DNA of 64,000 nucleotides from NCBI RefSeq assembly GCF_004010195.1, contig NC_057720.1:20290092-20354091 (forward strand), written 5' to 3'. A program made the position numbers and the translations under genes. Origin of the DNA: Chiloscyllium plagiosum. Taxonomy: Eukaryota. Positions 37,957 to 51,729 of the stretch are shown here, one piece after another; positions within the stretch are counted from its first letter, which is position 1; each line of letters opens with the position of its first letter. Under the pieces are notes generated by a model. It saw only the letters and a list, made by a program, of their open reading frames with translations. It had not been told where the DNA came from and ran no database searches.

Positions 37957-38440
37957 TGTTGTTTTATTTGGTCATGGCAGCTGGATGCGAGGCCAGCATT
38001 TATTGTCCCATCCTAATTGCCCTTGAGAAGGTGGTCATGAGCTGCTATCTTGAACCGCTAGATATAGGCACACCCACAAGTTCCAGGATTTTGAAGGGAC
38101 GGTGATAACATTTCCATCTCGGGATGCTGAGTGACTTGGAGGGAACTTGCAAGTAGTGGTGTTCCCACTTTGTTCTTCTCGGTGGTGGAGGTTGTAAGTT
38201 TGGAAGGTTCAGTTGGAGGAGCCTTGGTGACTTATTGCAATGATGGTTTAGATGGTGGGCACTGCTGCTGCTCTGTGCAGTTGGTGAGAGGACAAAATGT
38301 TGAAGATGGTGAATGGGGAGCCAGTCAAGTGGCTTCCTTTGTTCTGAATGGTACCAAGTGCCTTGACTGTTGTTGGAGCTCCTCTCACCCAGGTATGTGA
38401 AAAATATCCTTGCACCTTCCTGATTTGAAGGTGAAGAGAC

Positions 38441-39279
38441 AGGTGGCGGAAATGACGGCGGATGATATGCTGCATATGGAGGTTGGTGGGGTGGTAGATG
38501 AGGACCAGTGGGGTTCTGTCCTGGTGGCAGTTGGAGGGGCGGGGCTCAAGGGCGGAGGAGCGCCCAACCTCCATATACAGCGTATCATCCACCGTCATTT
38601 CCGCCACCTCCAAACGGACCCCACCACCAGGGATATATTTCCCTCCCCTCCCCTATCAGCGTTCCGAAAAGACCACTCCTTCCGTGACTCCCTCGTCAGG
38701 TCCACACTCCCCACCAACCCAACCTCCACTCCCGGCACCTTCCCCTGCAACCACAAGAAATGCAAAACTTGCGGCCACACCTCCCCCCTTACTTCCCTCC
38801 AAGGCCCCAAGGGATCCTTCCATATCCGCCACAAATTCACCTGCACCTCCACACACATTAGTTATTGCATCCGCTGCACCCGATGTGGCTTCCTCTATAT
38901 TGGGGAGACAGGCCGCCTACTTGCGGACAGNNNNNNNNNNNNNNNNNNNNNNNNNNNNNNNNNNNNNNNNNNNNNNNNNNNNNNNNNNNNNNNNGTCAAA
39001 TCCCTCGAACTCAGCACCGCCTTCCTAACCTGCAATCTTCTTCCTGACCTCTCCGCCCCCACCCCATTCCGGCCTATCACCCTCACCTTGACCTCCTTCC
39101 TTGACCTATCGCATTTCCAACGCCCCTCCCCCAAGTCCCTCCTCCCTACCTTTTATCTTAGCCTGCTGGACACACTTTCCTCATTCCTGAAGAAGGGCTC
39201 ATGCCCGAAACGTCGATTCTCCTGCTCCTTGGATCTGCCTGACCTGCTGCGTTTTTCCAGCAACACATTTTCAGCTCTG
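38441..39279 (+). mobile_element. Young Penelope-like element 3' part with GIY-YIG endonuclease and 5' inversion
   Basis: CNHKKCKTC and YCIRCTRCGFLYIGETGRLLAD; hammerhead core 39187-39214; 38441-38486 is inverted relative to 38564-38609. Confidence 0.9.
38931..38994. other. Assembly gap (64 N)
   Basis: Run of N. Confidence 1.
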
Positions 39280-39454
39280 AATTTAAATTCCATCAACTAT
39301 CTTGTTGGAATTTAAATCCGTGTCCCTGAGGCATTAGTCTGATATCCTAGTCTGTGAGCTTAGTGGCCACGATATCATAATCTCTGTCATCAGTATTGAG
39401 TCTGTGAATTATTTTCAAAGTTTAGTTACAGCTGGTGTAAAATCTGTTAACCTA

Positions 39455-40620
39455 AGTTAGATCACATGTGATTCAGGCTTGCCAATTGGATACTAAATTG
39501 GCTTGATGGAAGGAGATACAGGGTGGTGGTGGAGAGTTATTTTTTTGGACTGGAGGCCTGTGACCAACAGTATTCTGCAGGGATTGGTGCTTGGTCCACT
39601 GTTGTTTGCCGTTTATATAAATAAACAATTTGGATGAGAATTTAGAAGGCATGATTAATAAGTTTGCAGATGACACCAAAATTGGTGGTATAGTGGAGAG
39701 GGAAGAAGGTTATCTAAGATTACAAAGGGATCTTCATCAATTGGGCCAATTGGCTGAGGAGTGGCAGATGGAGTTTAATTTAGATAAAAATGAGGCATTG
39801 CATTTTGGTCAAACGAACAAGGGCAGGACTTATGCAGTTAATGGTCGGGCACTGGATAGTGATGTGGAACAGGTAGACCTAGGAGTTCAGGTACACGGTT
39901 CATGAAGGTTGCGTTATAAATAGACAGAGTGGATAAGAAAATAACAAATGCTGGAGATCACAGTGGGTCAGACAACATCCATGGAGAGAAAGCAAGCTAA
40001 CGTTTCCAGTCTAGATGACTTCATTGCCTTCATTGCTCAGACCATTGAGTATAGGTGCTGGGATGTCATGTTGAGGTTGTACAAGATGTTGGTGAGGCCA
40101 CTTTTGGAGTATTGTGCACAGTTCTGGTCACCCTGCTGTAGGAAGAATTTTATTAAATTGGAGACAGTTCAGCAAAGATTTACAAGGATGTTGCAGGGAA
40201 TAGAGGGTTTGAGTTACAAAGACAAGCTGGATAGGCTGGAATGTTTTTCAGTGTTGGCAGTTGAGGCGTGACCTTATGAAGATTTATAAAACCATGAGGG
40301 GCATGAATAGGGGTGAATAACACAGGTATTTTCCTTAGGTTAAGGGGAGTTCAAAATTAGAAGGCATATTTTTAAGGTGAGAGGAGAAAGATTTAATAGG
40401 GATCTGAGGGGCAACTTTTCACACAGAGGTTGGTTTTCATGTGATTGAACTGCCAGAGTAAGCTGGTACGATAACAACATTTAAAAGACATTTGAACACA
40501 TACATAATAGGAAAGGTTTGGAGGGATATGAATCAAATGCAGGCAATGGGGCTAGTTTAGTTTGGGAAAATTGTTGGACTGAAGGGTCTGTTTCTGTGCT
40601 GTATGACTCTATGATTCTAT
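39455..40620 (+). mobile_element. CR1 LINE 3' fragment (short Penelope piece at about 39940-40024)
   Basis: KFADDTKIGG and VRPLLEYCAQFWSP. Confidence 0.9.
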
Positions 40621-40970
40621 AAACTCAGTTTGAAATTTGTTCAATGATGGAGGATCTGCAATCACCTGGGTCGAGACATCCAACGATTTAAACACATTTG
40701 CTTGAAACAACGTCTCTTCACAGTCCGAAATGATCTGTGACACTGTGTTCTTGATTCTTCAACCAAGGGAAACTAGCAAAAGTAATACAAATGGTGCAAA
40801 TATACATCATTGTATGTTATGTTCTGATGATAGAGTTAATCTTAAATACTAATCTATTTGCTCTGTCCACAGACCACAATTGATCTGCATGCTTTTCCAA
40901 CATTTTCTATCTTTGTGGAAGAATGGAGGTAAATCTTTTATCTCCATTGCCTAGTGCTGCTCTGACATAT

Positions 40971-41300
40971 CATAGAATCCCTACAGCGTGGAAGTAGGTC
41001 ATTTGGCCTGTACGGTTTACACTGATCCTCCAAACAGCACGCCACCCCATCCCTGTATCATCCATGGCTAATCCACCTAACTTGCACATCCCTAGACATT
41101 ATGGGGCAATTTCCCATGGCTAATCGACCTACCTGCACATCTTTGGACTGTGGGAAGAAACCCGAGCACCTGGTGGAAACCCACACTGACACAGGGAGAA
41201 CAAGCAAACTCCATACAGAAGGTCGCCCGATGCTAGCATTGAACCAGGATCCCAGGCACTGTGAGGCAGCAGTGCTAACCACTGAGCCACTGTGCCGTCC
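40971..41300 (-). mobile_element. HE1-type SINE
   Basis: Colinear with 7325-7637. Confidence 0.88.
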
Positions 41301-41960
41301 ATGTTTGCTTGACCTTTATAGAAACCTTCTGGTTACCATTGAAATAATTCTTATGAAATTAAAAGCAGGTAGCTTCTGAGAAAGCTGGGAAATCCAGCCC
41401 ACCAGCTCATTGACCGGGCAGTGAAGGAAAAGAATCTACCTGACCTAGTCTTGTCACAGATCATTCTCCGTCCAAATCATCCCTCTCAGCCCTCTCCCCT
41501 ATCCTATACCAGTGAAATCAAGCATGAACTGGAGCAGAAGGTACTGGGCAAGGAAAGCTCACACTCTCAGAATGACAAAGATATAAAAGCAGCCAGACAA
41601 CAGACAAGGCAGTAAGTGAAACCAGATGATTGAGACAAGTGGAGCAGGAGCCAGGGGATGAAGCAGCATGACTGTGCAGAATTCCAGTCATTGGTACTGG
41701 GGGTGGATGCAATAGGGAATGCATCATGATGAATAAAATCCCCGACCACAAGAAGCATAACCAAGGAATCTCTCCAGTGCCAAGTTGCTCAGAGACTGCG
41801 CTAATGTTTTTGACAATTTTTGGTCACTCCTTTAAGTTTTTTCCACGGCAGCTTGAGATGTTTCAAAATCGTTGTATTGCATTTCTGTTTATGGATCCAA
41901 CAAAACCATTTTTGGCCTGCAATATATTTATTTCGGTATATATGTTGAGTCCGTTGAGGT

Positions 41961-42060
41961 CTGAAGAAAGGTCACTGGACCCGAAACGTTAATCCTGCTT
42001 TCTCTCCACAGAAACTGTTGGACTTACTGAGCTTTTCCAGCAATTTCTGATTTTATTTCT
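41961..42060 (+). mobile_element. Short Penelope-derived element with hammerhead core
   Basis: CTGAAGA-AAGGTCACTGGACCC-GAAACGTTA followed by the shared TTCTCTCCACAG..CTGAGCTTTTCCAGCAATTTCTG tail. Confidence 0.7.
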
Positions 42061-42550
42061 CTCAGTACGTGTTGAGTCATTCTTATTATAGTTAATTTGC
42101 GCATGATATAGTTTCAACGCCATAAAATTACTCAGCACTAACATCTTGTCATGTTTTGCTAAAGCCAGGCTGGTGATTCAGCTGAGATTTTATAGCATTT
42201 TCTGAACAGAGTAACTCCCATAAAGGCTGTGACTGTATGAAGACTAAAAGCTAAGGTGCAGAATTAAAAGCAAAGTACCAGTGTTTTAGAACGTCCATAA
42301 ATGAAACAGTTGTTGCTCAAGTTGGCCACGTAGCAGTGACCATTATTTAGATGTATTAAGTTGTTTTGATGGTGTTGATTACAATTCCTCAAGTGTTTAT
42401 TTTGAGCAATAACAGTTATTTTTGCACCAATTTGCAGTCAAATGTCATTAGGTAGCTTTACCAAGGCAGTCCTCAGGCTTTCTTCCCATATACATTTTAA
42501 CATTCAAACAATTGCCTTCAGATACTTTTCACATTCTCTTGTATTATTTT

Positions 42551-42885
42551 AGAGTCATAGAGCTATATAGCTTGGAAAAAGGCCCATCGGTCCAACTCGT
42601 CCAGGCCAATCAGATACCTCAAATTAGTTGAGTCCCATTTGCCAGCACTTGGCCCATATCTCTCTAAACCCTTTCTATTCATATACCCATCCAGGTGCCT
42701 TTAAAATATTAGAATCGTACCAGCCTCCTCTGACAGCTCATTCCATACACACACCACTCTCTGCGTGAAAAAGTTGCCCCTTCAGTCCTGTCTATATCTT
42801 TTCCCTCACACCTCAAACTTATGCCCTCTAGTTTTGAACTCCTCCACCCCAGGGAAACGACCTTGGCTGTTCATCCTATCCCCAT
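42551..42885 (-). mobile_element. CR1 3' end
   Basis: Colinear with 37116-37460. Confidence 0.88.
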
Positions 42886-44458
42886 CTCATGCAATGTGCC
42901 CCAACTAGAGAGAGGTGAGGTTCTCCAATTCATTACCATTCCAGATGGGGAAACCCCAAAATGTTCTTGGAAGAGATGGGATGGTCTGTTCCTCTTTTTT
43001 TATTCACCAATCCCCTCAGTTGGTTACAATAACATTAATTTAAAAAGGATCTTTTCCTTTTTGGATACCTTTCTCCCAAACATATTTTTCATATTCAGAG
43101 ATCAGAAATAAAAGGCAAATTCAAAAATATCAAGTAATTCACAAAAAATATACTTATTATTCTCTGATTTTTTTTTTCTGGAAGAGTTGACAGCTGAACA
43201 TTGTGGCCATTAAAGCTACTGGTTGATATTGATAGCTGAACAACTTGTTTCATGATCTTTAATTTTGAAGAATGGTTGTGATTCTGGGTTTCATAGTCTG
43301 ATTGAAGCTCCTTTCCCTGATTCTTTTTTACAGCTGGTTAGCTGCACTTAGAGTGATAGAATGTCTTTCCTTGCAATATAGGGGTAAATATGAGATAGTT
43401 TTGACTGTGACCTTCACCACATGCTAATACTTGAATCCAGGTAGATACACAAGAAAATATTCAGTCCTACAAGTTCACTCCAGTAGAGGTGAAACTGGTT
43501 TCTTTACCCCTGTCCTTGTGTATTCTTCAAAAGGGAATAATACAAAATTTGTCTGCAGCTGAGGATATAATACTAAATGGGTCACTTGCCATTGAGCACG
43601 GAATTGTCAGCCCTCTGTTATCTTTGGAGGCACAAGAGATCGCAATCCATTACGCTTGAAATTGCTTTGACACTTTTAGGCATTATATTCCATTCATTCC
43701 ACAAATACATTTTTACACCTTGAATTATGACCTCAGTTGCAGTCCTCTTTCAAAAACTGAAGTATTGGAATTAAGGGCAAAAAATGCCTAAAGCAGTTTG
43801 GGGCTCTGAGCCATCATCATAACAACTGAGAAATCACAAAGACTGAGGGAGCTGATGTACTCCTGAAAAACTGAACTGTTTTCTAATGGAAGGTCAGTGG
43901 CTTGGAACATCAGCTCTGTTTTTCTCTCTGCAAGGATTCTGCATGACCTGCTGAGTGTTTTCAGCACTTGCTGTTTTATTACTGAAATTTTACTTGCCTG
44001 CTCCCAAGGGCAGGATAATTATATTCTCACAAGAATAGTTGCTCTAAGTTTAGATCTATATACCTGTATTCGGAATGTTGGCTTGTGAGTAGGATTTATA
44101 GAACTGAGGTAGCAATAATGCGAAATGTGAATACGTGAGGACTTGAAATATAAGAGAACAAATGGTGATAGTAAAGGGTAACAGTAAACATCTGTAAAAG
44201 AATAACAGCTTTATGTTAAACCCATTATCATTTGACACTTCTGTACAAAGGATTATTTGCAAAGCACATAAAATTTAAGGTAGCATGTGTTGTACCATAG
44301 GTTTACAATAGGTTTAGAAGTAGGAGATAGATCATTGGGATAATGGAAATGCTTTATGTTTGCAGAATGTGAAAATCTGTATTTTCCAAGGATTTGTAGT
44401 TAGCTTTCCACCATGTAAATGTATGTTCAGTTGTCAGGTGAGTCATAGTGTAGTTGGA

Positions 44459-44571
44459 GCTGAAAATGTGTTGCTGGAAAAGCGCAGCAGGTCAGGCAGC
44501 ATCCAGGGAACAGGAGAATCGACGTTTCGGGCATAAGCCCTTCTTCAGCATCTGCAGACCTCACTTTCTCC
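44459..44571. mobile_element. Inverted Penelope pseudo-LTR insertion
   Basis: 16-bp TSD TCATAGTGTAGTTGGA (44443-44458 / 44572-44587); minus-strand hammerhead core 44521-44548. Confidence 0.9.
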
Positions 44572-45457
44572 TCATAGTGTAGTTGGAAGCAAGGAATTAC
44601 AAAAATAGACTAATGAATGGCAAAACTATAGCAGGAAGTATGGACTCATTAAGAATGGATCTAAGAATTGTGAATTTAATGATGAAAGATCACAAACTTT
44701 TGAAATGGGTTTTGCACTTTTGCAAACCACTAAAAGCTAGTGTACATATTGATGAAGTAATTTTAAAACACTAGTGGGTTAAAAGCCATTACCACTAAGG
44801 ACTGCAATACTTAGGAAAATTGTGTTTCAGTTGGCCTTGAACAAGCTCAATGGATGTTGGGAAATCTGGAGTAAGGCAGCATACATTAAAAACAGAGCTT
44901 GCCCTTTATGATTGAGATAAAGAAGTAATCTTTTACATAAGTGATTATGTTCAGGTTTACAATTCTATTTCAAAATATTCTTAAAGATTTCACCACACGG
45001 CCAGTGTTAGGACAGACACCAGGTGAGGTTTTGCAACTGGTCAAGTTTCAGATGGAATGCTCCCAATTTGTTAATCTCCTGGGTGTGGAGGGATGAACCA
45101 GCTCACCTTCTTTATTCACCCATTCTGTCAGTTGGTTAGAACAACGTTATTTTAAACAAGGATCCCTTCCCTCGTGTATATCCTCCTTCCAGACTCAAAT
45201 GAACCTAAGTCTTAAAAGGAGCCAATTTAAAGAGGTTTTCCTGAATTGACAAAAAGAGTGAGTTTATTAATTACAAAGCACATGAAGAATTGGTAATGCA
45301 GAACAAGTACAGACAGATTAGAAATTAGAGGAAGGGCCAGAAAAGTAGAAGTCACAAAATTATAGATTAGTCTCTGAATTATTCATCAGGGGTTCATTGT
45401 TTATAACACAATAAGAATTTAGGAGCTGAAGATTCCAAAATCAAAGTGGTAATGTTT

Positions 45458-45735
45458 GGGGTAGCACAATGGCTAGCAGGTCCAGGGACTCGAGTTCGAT
45501 TCTAAGTTTGGAAGATTGTGCGGAGTTTGCATGTTCTTCCCAGTGTCGGCATGGGCTTCCTCCAGGTGCTCCAGTTTCCTCCCACAATCCAAAGGTGTGC
45601 TAAATTGTCCCGTAATGTTCAGGGAAGTGCAGGCTTGGTGGACCAGCCATGGTAAAAAGGAACGGGGGTGGGTCTAGATGGGATGCTCTTCAGAGGGGTG
45701 GTGTAGACTTGATGGGTTGAATGGCCTCTATATAC
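45458..45735 (+). mobile_element. HE1-type SINE (degraded)
   Basis: GAGTTCGATTC B box and GGAGTTTGCATGTTCT core. Confidence 0.8.
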
Positions 45736-46801
45736 TGCTCTATGTTGGTTGACAGCTTGGCCAAAGAGTGGATAGAGACTGGAGCTGGAAAAAGCACAGC
45801 AGATCAAACAGCATCAGAATAGAATGCGAGTCAACATTTCAGGTCGAAACCTTTCATCAAGTGTGAAGGGAGAATTCTTCCAACATTTTTAAGATGCATT
45901 ATCAACCATTGCTATCATTGGAATGCACACAAATTAGGTTATAGGTTTTTCTGAATTCCTGGGTAAAATTCCTGAAAGAATCTCCCAGCGGTGGGTGAGA
46001 GCATCCCCTAAGGAATTTCATTTCAGATGGCATTTAGAGGAAAAAAATCATCAAATAACTATTCAAAAACATTCGTGGTTTAGCTTCCGCCCACAGAGTC
46101 TAAGCACTAAACCACTGAGACTTCTGTGTATGTAGGTGGGAAAAATCATGCTGTAAAGTAACGTACTGATTATCAGCTGGAATATTTACCCTAATAAGGC
46201 AACTTGTTTTTAATCGAACCAAAAAGTGCTGAAAAGAAAATAACCTTGAAACAATCCCTGTTGAACCTATTGATGAGAGAGTCCTGAGAAAGGGTCACTG
46301 GACCTGAAATGTTAACACTGATGTCTGTGCACAGATGCTGCTATACCTGCTCATATTATAGAACATGCTATGGTCACCACAGCCGACAACGTGTCTTTCA
46401 TTAGGGCTATGGAAATCCTTAAGTTGCCAAATAAAAGCTATTTAAGGACCTCATTCCATCTCCACTGTTGTGATGTGTTGGTGTCGGAGAGTGGAGGCAA
46501 CATAGTACACGTTAAAGCTGGAATGCTAGATATTGCAGGTTAAAGGCAGACAGAATGTGCCTGCTCTAGAGGCTCCCTGTGCCTATCAGAGATGTCCTCC
46601 CTGAGATGGAACACCCCTCACCCCCGGCAATATGCCCCACCCCTGCCTCTGCCCATGCTCTGACACTGTTGGCACAACTCAGCTGCTGGCCAATCAGATT
46701 GGCTAGCAGTTCTCAAGGGCAGGACTTCCCATGCCCATCCAGGAGACCCCACTCTCACCTTCATGATGCTGCTAGTGTCTGATTGCAGGGAGGGAGGGGA
46801 G

Positions 46802-47029
46802 TGAAATCACTCCACAGAGGCCAGTATCCTGTCACTAAGTCACCCTTTATTTACATGTGTGGAGAGTCCTTGACACTGATTCAGCATCCTCATAGCCAGC
46901 TCACAGAGTAGACAGGATGTCTGAGTTCTTATCTGTCAGCCAGGGCTCCCTGATTGGACCAGATTAACAGCCCCAATCAGGGAACTCCTATTCTATGACG
47001 TCCATCTGACTGACCTCATTACAATTACA
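46802..47029 (-). mobile_element. Solo LTR, 228 bp
   Basis: TG...CA termini, 5-bp TSD GGGAG (46797-46801 / 47030-47034), paired CCAAT boxes, AATAAA. Confidence 0.9.
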
Positions 47030-47394
47030 GGGAGCAGCCAAGGTTAAACTCAGTGAGGTGCTAAATTACTGAGGAAACACACCCATTCCTCCCAGCCCAT
47101 AAAATTCACCCATCTCCGTGCTATCTGACTCTCTCTATGCTACGTGATTTGTTGAATGTTTCAGACTTGTCCACTTTATTTCAGATGCCCCAGCATTCAC
47201 AATAATATTTTGCTTTTGTATTGCTTTATTTTATTTACTTCACTATAATGATCTGTAAATTAAATATGTTTCGTTATTACATACATTACTAAAATTTTCT
47301 ATTTGTAATACATTTGCTATCACTGTATTGTTACCATAATATTATAAAACCGTTTCTCTGGGCAGGACCCCTGGCTTTTTAAAAAAGAGCACAC

Positions 47395-48066
47395 AGTATA
47401 AAGTAAGTAAATTATGGCTTTCTAAAACTCTACTTTGGTCTCGCCAATACAGTGTTATGTCCATTTCTGGATGCCACCTTTTGGAAGAATGTCAGAGCCT
47501 TCAGAAAGTAGGCAGAGGAGACTTACCAGCATATTGCCAGGAACATGTGTTTTCTCTGACGTGGAGAAACTAGAGAAGCTAATTGTCCTCTACAGAACAG
47601 GGCTCCAGGATGATGTTGCTGGGTATGGAAGGTTTGAGTAGTAAGGGAAGGCTGGATAGGCTGGGACTATTTTCACTGGAACATAGGAGGCTGAGAGGCG
47701 ACCTTATAAAAGTTTATAAAATAATGAAGAGTACAGATAGAATTAATGGTACTTGTCTTTTCCCTAGGATGGGAGATTTCAAGACTAGGGGGCACATTTT
47801 TAATCTGAGAGGAGAAAGATTTTAAAAAATCATGAGGAGAAAATTTTTTCCACAGAGGGTGGTTAATGTGTGGAATGAATTTACAGAGGAAGTGGTGGAT
47901 GCAGGTATAAATACAATATTTAAAAGACATTTGGATAAGTACATGAATAGGAAATGTTTGAAAGGATATGGGCCAGGGGCAAGCAGGCGGGACTAGTTTA
48001 GTTTTGGATTATGGTCAGCATGGACTGGTTGGACCTAAGTGTCTGTTTCCATGCTATATGACTGTA
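47395..48066 (+). mobile_element. CR1 3' fragments
   Basis: LGLFSLEHRRLRGDLIKVYKIM. Confidence 0.88.
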
Positions 48067-48116
48067 TGTTCAAAATTAGCAAACATTTTGATACAGTAGA
48101 TGGGTAGAATTGTAAA

Positions 48117-48467
48117 ATCTCTACAGTATGGAAACAGGCCATTTGGCCCATCTAGTTTACATCCAGCTCTCTGAAGAGCAACCTATTGTGACCCATCCCT
48201 ACCCTAAACCTGTAACCCTGCATTTCCAATGGCTAACCCAACTGGCCTACACATCCCTGGACACCATGGGCAATTTAACATGGCCAATCCATCTAACCAA
48301 TACATCTTTGGACTGTGGTAGGAAACTGGAGCGCCTGGAGAAAACCCACACTGACACAGGGATAATGTGCAAACTCCACCCAGACAGTCGTGTGAGGATG
48401 GAATTGAACCTGAGTACCGGATGTTGTGAGGCAGCAGAGCTAACCACCGAGCCACTGTACCACCCCC
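48117..48467 (-). mobile_element. HE1-type SINE
   Basis: Colinear with 40971-41300. Confidence 0.88.
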
Positions 48468-51400
48468 AATATGAGATAGCTGCCAAAAATTAGCAAGGAA
48501 TTGTGAGAATTTTTTTTGTGTGTGCACTGTCTGGAATGCATTGTCTGAAAAGGTAGCGGAAACAATAACTTTCAAAAGGAAATAAGGTAAACACTTGAAA
48601 AACAGGTGTGTGATGAAGCAGCAGAGGAATGGGGTTACTCTGATATCAGTTTCAGTAAGTGAGGACAGATGGTTTCCTTCTGTACTATTATTCTCAAGAT
48701 TGTAAACTGCAGCCAAGCAAATATTTAAAAATACAAAGGCAAAATGCTAATGCTGTTTTTCTCTCCACAGATTCTGACAGACATATTGAATATAAATGCT
48801 TCAGGATCGCACTTCACATTTTCCCTGGATCTTTGGTCATGTAGTTAATCACTGAAGGCAACAATATATTCTCTTGTGTCTGTCCATTTTAGATTAATGT
48901 TGATGATAGATGTTAAAATGCTAGACAGCATTTGTGCAATTTGGTTTCAGTCACAGACATACATAACTGTTCATGCTTTTATGTACAGTTAGATTTCTGG
49001 AAATGAAAGATCTAGTCATAGGGTTTCATCACCACATCACTTAGATTGCTCAAAGCTTCAAAAACAAAAATCTTTTTGAGAGAATATAAATTATCTTCTA
49101 TTACTGAGGTTTCACAAGTAATCAACAGGCCACATTCAGTTCAAAATCATCCAAAACAATCCAAAGTCCAACAAGACCAACTTTTTTCTCGGAATCTTGT
49201 CTTCATCATGCTTTTATAATGAAAATGTGTCAGCACATCATGGCATCAATCCCATTGCCCTAAATTACTGAAACCATTCAATTCAAAACTATCAAATGTA
49301 ACAAGTTAGATTTTTAAAAAAATGAACAAATGCTCTTTGATGAATGTTCTGAGTGTTAGCCAAAGTCAACTTCACAAGGACGTGCTGTTCCTTGTGCATA
49401 AACAAAAGGGTGTAACATACTGTTCATTATCACCTGTGACTTTGCTTTCTGCACAGGTATGTTTAACTGCAGCAGTAGGGCATCAACCCTCATTGATTTT
49501 TCACATCTTCCTGGCAGCTGGTCACACAGCAGAGACCAGGAACTAGATTGACTTACGAAATGTACATCTTGAAATGTAGGAGAAATGAATGGAGTACAAA
49601 AAAGCCAGAAATGCAAAGGTTTGCTTTAATGGGAATTCATCCTGAGAAGAAGAACTGCTGTGAAGAATAAGAACAAAATAAATAGGCGCAGGAGGAGGCA
49701 ATTCACCTCCTTGGACCTATGCCACACATTCAATAAGATCTTAGCTTAACCACCCCCAGGCCTCAACTCCTCTTCTGTGCCAGTTAAGCATAAGCCTCAA
49801 CTCCCCAATTTTTCAAAAAAAATTACCTACTTATTAAATACAGTCATCCAACCTCCATCCAACCTCCCCTCTGGGGTAGAGAATTACAAACTTACACTCT
49901 CTCGTGGGAGAAGAAATTCCTTCATGTCTCCGTTTTAACCAAAAGTCCCCTGGTCCCTTGTTTTGGAATTTCCCCACGAGCCTCAAACAGCTTCTCAACA
50001 TCTATCACACAGCCCCCTCAGAATCTTTGAAACATAGAAGCTTGAACACAGAAAATAGGAGCAGGAGGAGGCCATTTGGCCCTTTGAGCCAGCTCCACCA
50101 TTCATCATGACCATGGCTGATCATCCAGCTCAATAGCTTGTTCATGTTTGTCCGCCATATCCTTTGATCCCTTCGGTAAGATCACTCGTCATTCTTCTAA
50201 ACTCAATTGAATAAAGGCATAACCTGCTTATCTATTCTTGATAAGTCAACCCCTTCATTCCAAATATCCATTTATTAAAAACGTTTTGAACTTCTTCCAA
50301 TGCTAGTATATCCTTTCTTAAATGGAAGGAACCAAAACTTAATGCTCCAGGTGTAGCGTCACCAACACCATACAGATGTAATAAGGCTTCCCTATTTTTA
50401 ATCTCTAATAATAACAATAAAAATTCCATTTGTTTTCTTAATTATTGGTTGCATAGACATGAAGTTTTTTTTTTACTGTTTCATTCACAAGGACCCCCAG
50501 ATCCCTCTGCACTGAACCTTTTTTGAAGTTTCTCTTGAGCTTTGAGTGTTATATTCTCAAAGACGCCTAGCAAATTTGTCAAAATGTGATTTCCCTTTTA
50601 GAGAAGCATGCTGACTCTGATCTCCTTTTCTAAACATCCTAAATATAGTGCTACCATTTTCCCAATGAGAGATGTTAGGCTCCCTGGCCTCTAGTTGCCT
50701 GCTTTCTATTTTCCTCCCTTCTTGAATAGGGATATCACATTAATGGATTTCTAATTCATTGAAACACTCTCAGAATCCAGCAATTCTGCAATATTTTGAC
50801 CAAAACCTCCACCATTTCTGTAACCACTTGCTTAAAATCCTTAGAAGCAGGCGATCAGATTCTGGCAATTTTGCTTGCCTTTAGTCCCATTAGTTTATCA
50901 AATACTGAGTAACTCGTGATAAAGACTGTTACAATATCTTCCCTCCCCTTAGCTCTGATATATTTGGGATGCTTATTGTATCCTCCACCATGAAGACTTT
51001 TGCAAAATATTGCTTTAAATTATCTGCAATTTTCCATAATTAATTCAATAGTTACATCCTCCAAGAGACCCAATTTTACTTTAGCTACTCTCTCTCTTTT
51101 TATAATCTGCAGAAGCCTTTGCTGTTTGTGTATGTATTTCTTGCCAATTTACTTTCAGAATCAATTTTATTTTTCTTTATTCTCTTTGTAGACATCTGCT
51201 GTTGATTTCTAAAATATTTCCAATCCTCTGTCCTACCGTTGGTTTGTGCTCTATGGTATGTCTTAGGTTTTGATTGGATATTGTCCATCACTACCTTTGT
51301 TAACCACAGATGGTTCAAACTTCTCATTGAATCATTCTTTTTGACAAGAATACACTTTTGCTGAGTGTTAAGAAATATTTGCTTAGATTTTGTTACTTCC

Positions 51401-51602
51401 CATCCACTGACTTTTCCCCAGCCTACTTAAGATAACTTCTTCATTCCTCTATAGTTCCTTTTCTTTAAGTGGAGGAAACTGGTTTAAGACCCAAGTTGCT
51501 CTCCCTCAAACTGCATTTGAAATTCTACCATGCTACGGTCACTGCACCCTACAGGATCCTTAACTGCGAGATGTCTTAACAGTTGAACTTGTTACACATT
51601 AC

Positions 51603-51729
51603 CTGAAGAAGGGCTTATGCCCGAAACGTCGATTCTCCTGTTCCCTGGATGCTGCCTGACCTGCTGCGCTTTTCCAGCAACACATTTCCAGCTCTGATCT
51701 CCAGCATCTGCAGACCTCACTTTCTCCTC
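51603..51729 (+). mobile_element. Short Penelope pseudo-LTR insertion starting at an intact hammerhead core
   Basis: CTGAAGA-AGGGCTTATGCCC-GAAACGTC; 9-bp TSD ACACATTAC (51594-51602 / 51730-51738). Confidence 0.88.

Noticed and set aside
38410..39315. 301-aa ORF as a host gene
   Set aside because: It is a chimera of an inverted Penelope piece, GIY-YIG, the N gap and a pseudo-LTR.
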